Assembly (NCBI GenBank): GCA_051294375.1
Contig: CM119271.1
Span: forward strand, 7,869,649-7,933,648
DNA length: 64,000 nt
From: Paraspadella gotoi
Taxonomy: Eukaryota; Animalia; Chaetognatha
Direction: 5' to 3'
Positions 1 to 10,223 of this stretch are shown piece after piece; the stretch's first letter is position 1, and the number at the start of each line of letters is the position of its first letter. The notes under the pieces were generated by a model, which worked only from the letters and a program-made list of their open reading frames with translations, made no database searches and had not been told where the DNA came from. The position numbers and the translations under genes are program-made.

Positions 1-633
1 TGCTGCGATTTTTAAAAAATCAGGAAATGTTTTCAGATTCTACCACTAAATTTCCTTTCAAGATGCTTCCTTCCATTTTTTCGTAGATCCAACCGTATAG
101 AAGTTTAGAGGCAAAATAAGATTGTACCTCAGTGAAAAAATGGCGGAAAAAATCGCCTCTTAGTTTTCACATTCTTGGTATTGAGTTATTTGTTTTTCTA
201 TTTCAAATTGGTTAGTTTTTTTTTTCATTTTTTTTAAATTTGGTTATAGCGAATAGACAGCCCTCTCTTTGGTTTCATAAAGGTGGCAATGTAGTCTGAG
301 AAAAAGAGGGAAAAGACGCAACAATTCATCAGCAATAGACTTGGAAACTCCCTCGTTCCACCATTGCAAATTTTTTACGGGTGTGGAAAAAACATTTCAC
401 CTTCGTACCTCAATTCGCTTTTAGCGAGAGCATGCCAGACGAATGCAGGCAGTGGCGATGCGAGGGAGGCAATACAAAATATTGAGAATGTTTTAAACCC
501 ATGTTTTGTATTATTTTTTATTGAATAAATGAACTTTTAAAAATAAAAAATGTTTCCTAACTTTTTCTAGATAGTATATCGGCTGTCAGTTTTTAAGTTT
601 TGCATTTTGGTGTAAAAAATTGGCGCAGCCATG
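1..633 (+). mobile_element. Internally deleted Tc1/mariner-type DNA transposon relic (left end outside the window)
   Basis: 241-485 translates, with small frameshifts, to an HTH-like N-terminus (EKEGKTQQFISNRL.LPRSTIANFLR) joined directly to a Tc1 C-terminus (VWK..ESMP.RMQAV..EGGNTKY*, TGA at 483-485). The DDE core is missing. A Tc1-like terminal sequence (ggtgtaaaaaattggcgcagccatg) ends at ~633. Confidence 0.7.
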
Positions 634-1333
634 CAAACTGGATTCATGACCTCGAGCAACTCTATTTTATGCGAACAGCCGGGTTTGCCCTGTGATGCCC
701 TCATTTCCATTGGGTATGGGACATCTCACATGTTGGCTTTGGGGGGGCTTTCCGACCTCTCAGTGACGCCTCAGTCACGGTTGCGCGTGTTACCATCTAG
801 GACGGTCTCGCTTTGGCCAAAAACGCAGAGGGAAGTCGTTAGGACTGTGGATGGTTGCATTCCCTTGATCGCAGTGGGATTAGCTTGAACGACGCGGGAC
901 GTTCTTGGGCGCTGGTGAATTTGTCTTTTTTTATTTCACACTTTTTTTTTGGCATCTCTCTCGTTATGATATTATTTTTACTCTTTTTCCTTCAAACGAT
1001 TTCCAGTTACTTCACGAATCCTACCTAATTTTCCCCTTCCCCTTCCCCCTTTTGTTCCCCCTTTCCCGCTTTTCCCCCTCCGCTCCCCGCCCTTCCCTTC
1101 ACCCCCATGACCTCTCTCTATCTTCTGCATCTGCCATCGCGCGCGCTCGCACCTGCTTCCGGTTCCGACGACAGAATCTGTCCGGTTCTCGGTCATTAAA
1201 TCAGACGACGAAACCAGTCTTGGCCAGATGTCTTTTTTTTTTCCGGACGGAATCCGGCATCGGTCCATGCCGGGCGAATCTTGGATCTCTCATCTCTCTT
1301 CTCTCTCTCACAGTCCTCTCTTTCTCTCTCTTC

Positions 1334-1370
<37 letters not shown>

Positions 1371-2815
1371 CTCTCTCTCTCTCTCTTCCCCCAAAATCTG
1401 TGAATCTTTTATGTATCGTAAACGTTGTTTACATTGTGAAAATTCACTTAAATACCAAACACGATCCAATCTTGTCCGGTCATTTGCGCTACCAATATCA
1501 ATTTCGGTCGTTACACTTAGCCCCTTTTGAACCTCCGCAAATGACCTTCTCCCTTCAATGTCCATCCCACCGTACTTTGGTCCGATTTTTTGATTGTGTC
1601 GAATGATTTCGTCGTCATTTTGGTCTCGATCGAATCGAAATATTCGTCGCGCTCATCATCAATCTTTTCTTCGTAGATCGTTGTCAGCAATCTTCGTTGT
1701 TGTCATGATGTCATACTCGGCATCGTTGTCATCGTCCCTCTCGTCATCAATAAATAGTCGTCATCGACTCAGAGTCGTCTTCGTCGTCATCATTGTCATC
1801 AAGCGTTATGCCCCATTGTCTTTGAAGACTATCCTTAGCATCGTTGTCATCCTCGCATCCTCCGTCAACATTGGTCGTCCGTCATCGTTCATCGTCGGAA
1901 TCGTCCGAAACGTCATCGTCGTTCTTGTCGTCGTTGTTCCGCTTCGTCTTCGGATGATCGAAAATCTAACGACGCCATCTTTTTTTTCTCTCCCCATTTC
2001 GACCCTTCCGCTCGACCGTCAATCTACTCTCTCTTCTCATCTCTCGTCGTCTCTCTGCGTCATCTTCTCCTCTCTCTCCTCTTCTCTCTCTCTCTTCTCT
2101 TCTCTTTCTCGGGTCAGTCGCCCTCCTGACCCGATGAGCTCGACTTGCCGGTGGCCCGCGCCCGACCAGAAACTCCCCCCCCCGGGGGCCCCGGGCCCGA
2201 CGCCCCCGACCTCCGTTTCCGACCGCCAGTTCGACCTCGACTTCGCGTCGATTGTGGTCCGACAGGCAACTCCGAACTACCACTTCCATACCACTCCAAC
2301 CGCCACTCCAGGCACCACTCCGACCGCCGCTTCGATGTCCACTTCGACCTTCACTCCAACTTATCTTCTCATTTCGATCATTCAATTTGCGCTTCAATCG
2401 AATTGAGAATAAAAAGAAGTTTTAATTAACGAATTTCATTTCCTTTCGATATCAAAATCTCGTTTCGTCCGGACGAACTTCTCTGCGAAGGGCTTCGGGG
2501 CTGCGGGGCTTCAGGGCAGCTGGGGCAGCGGCGTTGCGGGGATGCAGGACTGCCTGGCTGCTGAGCTGCGGGGCTGAGGGTCGGATCTGGGTCGATTTTT
2601 TGACCGAGGCCTCGCCGCCCGTTGGTAGGGTCGTCGACCGTTAGGAGGCGTCGTCATGAGTGGTTGTCGTTGTTGTTGTTGTTGTTGCCGTTGTCTGCAA
2701 TTGGCCTCGTTCGAAGCCGCTCTCTTCAGCAGCACTTCAGCAGCACCATGTTTTATTATTTGGCTACTTAGGCCTTTTCATTAAGTGGCTGAGTTTCATA
2801 TCAAGCCATTTTCGT

Positions 2816-2915
<100 letters not shown>

Positions 2916-5010
2916 TTTTTCTTATCTTTGTTTATTTTCTTTTCCTTCTTCTTCGGTGTTTCCTTTATACATTCGCCGGGGTTAACGATTTCAATGATCT
3001 CTTCACAATTTCGCCTCCCCCACCCTTTCCCCCTTACCCCCGACACCCTCAAACCCACGCACCCTCCTATTTTCGTCCCCGCTTGCCCTCCAGGGGTCCC
3101 GCTCAAACACGTTCGCGCCCTTCCTTTCCTCTGACCTCAATTTGTTGCCCGACGAAGGAATGTTTACCGCGGGGCCGGTTGGGGGGAGAGGGGGGAAAAG
3201 GTGGTTCAAGGTGGATGGGTAGAAAATTGGTGGTAAAGGGAAGAGAGAATAAAAAGAGCGAAGGGGAAAAAGTAGGTAAATGGGTAAGTTCGATCGGAGA
3301 TGGGATAGAGGTAGCGAAAAGTAAGTTGCCTCTGACAATTCGTCACAATTTATTTTCCAAAAATTGAATAAACTTGAACTCTTCGTCAAAACCGCGAACT
3401 CGTGAACTTTTCCGTTAAAAAAAAAAAAATTAGCGAGAGGGTGTTCACCGGAGGCAGAGTCACCCCTTCATCAATTTCACCTTCTACCAAACATCCCCAC
3501 CTCCCGACATTTCCACCTTACTACCCACTACTATAGACTATCCACTTTACTATCCACGATCGAGTATCCACCCTCGGGAATCGTCTCCTTCCACTCGACA
3601 TTCACCGATCACCAGCGCCGCTTCCGTCCGTAGGTCGCGACGCCCTCTTTCCCTCGCGCGTTGGCGCTGGAAGTTTAAAAAAAAAAAGAGACGCTTCCGG
3701 GCCACGCCTTCGTCGCCGGATGTAGAGGGCGGGAGGCGTCGACGTTGGTAGCGTCGTCTTTGTCGTTGTCGTCCATTGTTGTTCTGGTCGTCGTCGTCGT
3801 CGTCGCTCTTATCTTTCTTCGTCTATCGTCGCTGTTGTCTTCGTCGTCGTCGTCATCGCTGTTTTCTTCGTCGTTGTCGTCGCTATCGTCCGTCGTCGTC
3901 ATCGCTGTTTTCTCCTCGTCGTTGTCGTGCGCTGTCGTCGCTGCGTCGTCGTCGTCGTCGTAGCTGTTGTCTTCGTCATTTTCGTCGTAGTCGTCGTCGC
4001 ATCACAGTGACAACGAAAACAACGACGACGACGACGACGACCAGGACTGGTTCGACGCCAGACGTAACGCATTAAAAATGCCAATGATTCCCAAGGAAAA
4101 AAAAATTCAAAAGAAGAGTAATGAGTAGTGACGAGAGTGTGAGCCACTGTGGAAATCAGGTTGAAGCGGTCGGTCTGTCGGTCAATCGGTCTGTCGGTCT
4201 CGCTTCTCTCTTCAGTCGACATTTCGTTTTTTTTTTAACTTTTCTTCTTCTCCTTTTTTTCTTCTCACTCTCATTTCCTTTTTCTCCTCTTTTTTTCTTA
4301 ACTTCTCAGGCTTTTCTCGACTCTCCTGTCTTCTTTTCTATTTTACGCTTTTTTTTATTCTTTATTTTTCTCCATGTTTCTCTACTTCCATTTTCTCTCT
4401 TCGGTCTTCACCTCTCTTCTTCTCTTCTCTTCTCTTCTCTTCTCTTCTTTTCTATTCTAATAATCGCTTTACCTCTCTTCTCCCTCGATTTTTCTCCATT
4501 CGCCTCACCTCTCACCCCAAAATAAAGACCCCGTTCACAGAAATCCCTCACCAAAAGTCACCGATCAAAAAAAAAAACCTTCACGAGATCACCATTAACG
4601 ATTCCCCCCTGCCCCCTCTCTCCCCTCCTCTGCCCCTCCTCCTCCTCCACCTGCCCCTCCTCCTCCCTGCCCCTCCTCCTCCACCCTGCGCCCTCCCACT
4701 CACATATGACTGTGAGGTAGACCCAAGTTCCTTCGGGATTTTTCTCTCCGTTTTTTTGTTTCTTCTTCGTCTTTGTTTTCTCCTTCTTTTTCGTCGCCTC
4801 TTGTGTCTTCGAGAGAGAATCTAAATTGTAAAAAAAAAGCAAACGTTTTGTTTAATTACGTTTTATTTGATTTATTTATTTATTTATTTATTTTATTTTA
4901 TTTTATTTATTTATTGAGTTGATTGGGAATCCAAGGACTGAGGGAGTGAACATTGAACAAACATTGAACAAACTATACTGAGAGAAATTGAAAGTTAACA
5001 AGGTCCTTCT

Positions 5011-5319
5011 ATGAAATTGGTACAACCAATATAAAAATTATCCCTTCATTTAATAAATAAGCTATCTTGCCCCTGACTTTGGACAGGCTTTGGTGGTTTA
5101 AGGCCTCCATCACTCTTACAAGATAGTGACATAGCAGATCCCTGCAAGCTTTCACAGTCTCGTTTATTCACTCCCAGAGTACCTGGCTTCCCCATCAATG
5201 AAGTGGTATAATTTTTCAAAGAATGTTATGGAGATGGAGTCCGGTGTCAAAAGTCAGGGGAAAGATAGCTCATTTATAGAATGAATGGATAATTCTTATA
5301 TTGGTTGGACCAATTTCGT
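5011..5319. mobile_element. MITE / foldback element with ~73-bp terminal inverted repeats
   Basis: Left arm gaaattggtacaaccaatataaaaattatcccttcatttaataaataagctatcttgcccctgactttggaca (5013-5085) is the reverse complement, with a few mismatches, of tgtcaaaagtcaggggaaagatagctcatttatagaatgaatggataattcttatattggttggaccaatttc (5245-5317). No ORF inside. Confidence 0.8.
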
Positions 5320-5329
5320 TATTTAACTA

Positions 5330-5382
5330 TAACTTATAGTAACTTATAGTAACTTATAGTAACTTATAGTATAACTTATAGT
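5330..5382. repeat. 10-bp tandem repeat (AACTTATAGT) x~5
   Basis: Seen directly just right of the MITE. Confidence 0.9.
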
Positions 5383-5609
5383 ATAAGATATTGATTGTTG
5401 ATTCGATTTCGTATTGCCGGTGGGAACCGTGAGTTAAGTAACCATATATCGATAATAGAATTTACAACATCAACATCGTCGTCATTGTCGTCGTCGTCGT
5501 CTACGCGACAATCTTTCACTCTTCGTATTCTTCTTGTTTATCCGAATCACAGAAACTTACGTTGTTGATGTTTTTTAATTAGAAACGTCATTGCTCTTGT
5601 TGTCACGAA

Positions 5610-5654
<45 letters not shown>

Positions 5655-5655
5655 T
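5610..5655. repeat. (TCG)n microsatellite
   Basis: Perfect trinucleotide run. Confidence 0.95.
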
Positions 5656-5936
5656 TCGTTATTATTATACAGTTATTATCAACATCGAAGGTTCTCTTCC
5701 CGCCATTTCACTTTTTTATCTCATTTCCTCTTGTTCTATTTGGTTCTCTTTTCTTTTCGTTGGAGGTTTGTTGTTCTATTTTTGTTCTATTGTTCTCATT
5801 TTGTTCTTTCTTGAATCTTTTAAGAATTTTCATTTTGTTCTTCAATTTTCTACTCTTTTTTTTTCTTTCCCTTATCACCTAATTCTCCATAATTTTCCTT
5901 GTTCTCCTCTTTTCTCGTTAACATTTCTCCTTTAAG

Positions 5937-6040
5937 GTCACGTGACTTGTCCGCTTCCTCTCTCGACCGACAGGCGGCGACGGCGTCGTCTCTTCGTTGC
6001 CACAAACAAGACGCGTCACTGACGACTTGAGACGCAAAAG
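5937..6040 (+). other. Candidate spliced exon (104 nt), probably non-coding/UTR, antisense to the Ig exon
   Basis: A long polypyrimidine tract ends ...tttctcctttaag|GTCACG, and there is a consensus donor AAAAG|GTAAGT at 6040/6041. All three frames contain a stop. Confidence 0.35.
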
Positions 6041-6309
6041 GTAAGTTTTCTCATCGCATCTCTCTTTCTCTCTCTCTCTCTTTCTCACTCTCTCTCGCTC
6101 TCTCTCGCCGGTTTTCAAAACGGTTTTCTTGTTTAGAAGGACCCAGAATTTGATGAGGTCGCAGCGCCGACGCCGCCACAGCCGCTGCCGACGCCGCGCC
6201 GCCGCCTCCATCGTTTTTGACATATTGGTTGTCATTGTTTTCAAAAGGATTGGTTGTTGTTGTTGTTGTTGGATTCCTGTGTCGTAACCTCGTCAGGCCA
6301 TATAGATTA

Positions 6310-6635
6310 AATCATTAAATCTTCATCGTCCAAACCTTTGTCATTAAATATCGTCGTCTGTGTCATCACCATTTACTTTAGATTTAATCATTAAATCTTC
6401 ATCGTGGTCGGTGTCATCACCATTTACTTTAGATTTAATCATTAAATTTTCATCGTGGTCGGTGTCATCACCATTTACTTTAGATTTAATCATTAAATCT
6501 TCATCTTCGTCAGTGTCATCACCTTCAGCGTCAGATGAAATCATTAAATCTTCATCATCATCACATTTGTCATTAAATCTAATGATTAAATCTTCAACCT
6601 CGTCAGTGTCATCACCTTTAACTTTTGATTTAGAC
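6310..6635 (-). repeat. Coding minisatellite, 51-bp unit (three near-perfect plus about three degenerate copies)
   Basis: tgtcatcacc recurs at 6361, 6412, 6463, 6514 and 6607. The spacings (51, 51, 51, 93 = 51+42) are all multiples of 3. Confidence 0.9.
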
Positions 6636-6748
6636 TCGGTCCCGGTCGTCGTCATCTTCGAAGGCGTCTTTTGGTGAATCGGAATTCGGTTCATGTAAGT
6701 CACTTCACATTTGTACCAACCCTCGTCCTCCGCGCGCACGTCGCTGAT
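6344..6748 (-). CDS. Internal exon of an immunoglobulin-superfamily protein (V/I-set E-F strands; resembles turtle/IgSF9 or neuromusculin/sidestep-type Ig1) followed by an acidic 17-aa repeat
   Basis: Acceptor cttctcttttcag|ATC at 6749/6748 (phase 0) gives ISDVRAEDEGWYKCEVTYMNRIP, containing the canonical D-x-G-x-Y-x-C motif. The frame stays open through 51-bp and 42-bp repeat units (MIKSKVNGDDTDHDEDL). The apparent stop at 6344 may be an indel error, because the repeat (FNDKGLDDEDLMI) resumes in a shifted frame. Confidence 0.7.
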   Translation of the reverse strand: MSDVRAEDEGWYKCEVTYMNRIPIHQKTPSKMTTTGTESKSKVKGDDTDEVEDLIIRFNDKCDDDEDLMISSDAEGDDTDEDEDLMIKSKVNGDDTDHDENLMIKSKVNGDDTDHDEDLMIKSKVNGDDTDDDI

Positions 6749-9340
6749 CTGAAAAGAGAAGGTGAGGATGGGGTGTTGTGGGGTGGCTTGGTGAGTTCTG
6801 GCGAGTAATACGGAGAGAGAGTGGTGAAGGGTGAGAGGAGAAAGAGCGGAGGATAAAGAGACCCCACCGGGTGAAATTNNNNNNNNNNNNNNNNNNNNNN
6901 NNNNNNNNNNNNNNNNNNNNNNNNNNNNNNNNNNNNNNNNNNNNNNNNNNNNNNNNNNNNNNNNNNNNNNNNNNNNNNGATCTGTATATAAAGTTTAAAA
7001 TTTTTTTAAAATAAATTCTGATAGAGCGTTAAAAATTCAATAAAGGTTATGAATACAACTTTTAAATTTTTTTTGTTTTATTGATAAAAATTTAAAAAAA
7101 AACTATAAAATTAAGCCAATGATAATGATGATTTTTTAAGGTTTTTCTATTTTTAACCAATTTATTGTCAAAATTTTTAAAAATTGTAGTACTAACTTTT
7201 TTAACTTTTCAAGCTCTATAGGAATCCATTCGTTCTTAAAAATTAAATTTTTTTAAAAAAAATTGTCATTTGTTATATATTAATAAATATTTAAAAGCTT
7301 CAGTGTAACAACCCAATGAACTAATTCAAAAAGTTCATTGAAAATCGATTTAGTAGTAGAAGGAAAAAAATAAAATTGAGACCTAGAAGTTATACAAAGT
7401 GTTCAATTTTGGCCCGCCTTACTAATCACCCCTATCCTTAATCACCCTAATCCCTAATCAGTAATCACCCCTAACCACTAAGGCGTAGTGAAAGTTACAT
7501 ACGAAAATTCTAAAAGTCAATTATGAACAACATACCATTAGTGAACATTAATTTGTAAAAAAAATTAATTTTATGTTTTTTAATTTTCGCAGTAGGCTAT
7601 ATTTATATATAGTACTACTATCCTTATAAAATTGAAAAATTTCAAAATAAGCTTTTCTTAATTTTGATTGCAGATTTGAATTCCTCGTCAAAAGTTGATA
7701 AAAGAAAATAGAAATCGTTTTTAAAAATTCTTTCATTAAGGGGGGATGGATCCATTAATTTAAAAAAAATTACGAAAAAATTTGAAATATTCGAAACCTT
7801 GTCCCGATGGTCATTGATTCATGTTTTCCTGGGCTACACGATGTACCAATTAAAAATTTTTCTAGTGGTCTACTTTTTGAGATATATGGGTCAGAAGTAG
7901 GAAATATTCAAAATGGTCTCGCTCTGAAAATAATAAAGCGAGCCTAAACAGATTTTAGTCACAGATACTTCAAATCAAGGCCTACTATTGGGAGTATGCT
8001 TTTTATTCTAATAGCACAACTTTACTTGTAAAGTTATATTAAAAAATATAAAAAATTACTTTTAGTCTTGTACAAATTATTTTGCTATGAAAATAAGCAT
8101 TGATTGCAAAATAGATACTCGTAAATATAGGCAAGGGTTCAAATTGACAATTGAATGCATTCACTTGAGTTTTTATTGTGTCTTACTCTAAATAGATGCT
8201 TTTTTTGGATGAAAATTTTTAAAATTTTAAAATTTAGCAAATATCTTTATTTACTCTAATTCACCCTTGGAATCAGTTTTTAGAAGCTGCCCACAAATAA
8301 AAAGTGCAAAAAACTAATATTTTTAAAAAATCTGAGATCAGTGGTTTTATTTTTTATTTTTTACTTTTTGGGCTTACCGTGTTTTCAGGTTTTGGAAAGA
8401 AAAATTTCGTTTCTGGTTTACTTTTTGGGTTTACCCTGTTTTTAAGGTTTTCACCAAAAAGTTTTTGTTTTAATATATGAAAGATAATATGATATATTAA
8501 ATTAACATTAGTAATACTACCAAATAGTGAATCAATTATTATCAAAAAAATATCCAAGAGAAGAGGCATTCAAGAATTAAAATGTAGTAGTAATGTTAAA
8601 TGTCTCTGAATTGATTTCATAGTACAATGGAGTGTTTACTATCAATTACGACGCCATGAATAATGGGAACATAGGCTCAACTATGATATTAATGTTCCAT
8701 GAGAAAGAAGGTAGAATAAAAGCCAAAGATGGGGCCATTAATCCGACTGTGGTAAATACCAAAACTCACCTGATTCTTTTTGAGGAATAAATAGCAGCGT
8801 GGCTAATTTGTCTTGCTTGTTGAAGTTAGAGAGACAAAAAATTGATTCAAAGGTTTTGAAATAATAAACAAAAAAGTAAGAGAAAAAAAAAGAAAAGAGA
8901 GTGAGAGAAAGAGAAAGCAAGAAAGAGGGGAAAAAAGAAAAGGATAGAAAAAGAAAGAAAGAGGAAGAAAGGAAAAGAGACAGAAAAAAAAGAAAGAAAG
9001 AAAAAAAAACCAAGTTTGAGTAAACAATGCCGGATCTGCCCACAACCATTAGCAAGTAATTTTATTTAATTAATTCAAGTTAACTAATGAATTAATTAGT
9101 TAATTAATTTGATCCAACATGTTTGTTTTTAGGTCTTTTCATCACTGACCACGACAAAAGCAACGACGATGATGGCGACAATGACAATAATGCTGAATCA
9201 CCGATAACAAATGATTGATTTGATTGATTGATTGATTATTGATTGAATAATTAATTAATAGATAAATTAAGCATAATCAATTAATGAAACCGGTTTTTTG
9301 TTTTTTCCATTTAATCTCATTTCCACTCTGACGATTTTAT

Positions 9341-9482
9341 AGAAACTTGATTTCCCACTTAATCCCAGAATTTTCCACCCACATACAAAATTTTAAGTCA
9401 ATCGCCCCATATACTAATAGTAATTGGCGATTAAAGCTAGGGGGGATGGACAGACAGACATCATTTTTTTGTGCATAATTTA
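9341..9482 (+). mobile_element. Truncated Helentron-associated (HINE/DINE-1-like) element fragment; second copy ~12794-12912
   Basis: gaaacttgatttccc..ccacatacaaaatttt..ggacagacagacat..tttttgtgcataatt matches the 5' part of the longer copies at 20285 and 23244. Confidence 0.6.
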
Positions 9483-9492
9483 CCATAAAAAA

Positions 9493-10223
9493 AATCTTGT
9501 ATGCTTTGCTGGTCCTCCAAAGCTGTTGACTTCGGACAATGGTGGCGAGTTTATTGCAGACGTCGTCAAGGCTGTGTCAGATAATAGGTACAAAAAAGAG
9601 GACTAGTGTCGCGTATCGTCCCGAGTCCCAAGGAAATGTCGAGAGACAGAATTGTATTATAATTAAAAATCTGACAAAAAGATTGCTCCAATATGGTAAG
9701 AGTTGAGTTGAGCATTTTACATACGTAGAGTGGTCGTATAACACCACTCCATTTGCTAGTATGGACATGACACCTTACTTGGTATTTTTTGGTCGTGAAC
9801 TCCATTGCCCCCTTTTGCGGATGTCAAAATCGATGACTTAAAGATCGCACTTTGCAGAAATACATTGATAAGGTTCGTAATCGTGTGAAAATGATAACCG
9901 GCAAAGCAAAGCTAGAGCTGATGAGAAAAGAGCTCGAGAGGAAAACAATACAACAAGAAAACAAGATAAGCCTCTTCAAGAGGGTGCCTGGTCTATGAGC
10001 GTGTTCCTGATGTCTAAGAGAGAAACTAGATCCCAAATGGTCTGGTACTGAATGGAGTTGAGCGTAGGCTTAGTCCAAAAGGTGGTCCCGGTATGACTTA
10101 TTGGTGTGAGAGAAAGGATGGAAGTCGGTGTCTCGTAATTATAAGCATTTAAAAAGAGTGAATGCCAAATACGAAGAGTTGATAAAAGAAACCTCTTGTG
10201 GAACAACAAAAGGTCTTAGTTGA
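9493..10223 (+). pseudogene. Gypsy/Ginger-type DDE integrase remnant (rve core plus GPY/F-like C-terminus), copy 1
   Basis: Translation across frameshifts: KNLVCFAGPPKLLTSDNGGEFIADVVK.CQIIGTKKRTSVAYRPESQGNVERQN...YVEWSYNTTP...MTPYLVFFGRE...KLDPKWSG...TYWCERKDGSR..NY.HLKRV. D-35-E spacing is restored by adding 2 nt. It has an in-frame stop and lacks the N-terminus. Confidence 0.85.

Noticed and set aside
631-920. 85-aa ORF; a CRIB-like 'ISHVGF' in another frame
   Set aside because: The motif is incomplete and flanked by stops, and there is no supporting splice structure.
2130-2390. GC-rich stretch with 12-bp CCACTCC repeats as a downstream exon of the Ig gene
   Set aside because: It is open in several frames only because of its composition, with no recognisable domain or convincing splice sites.
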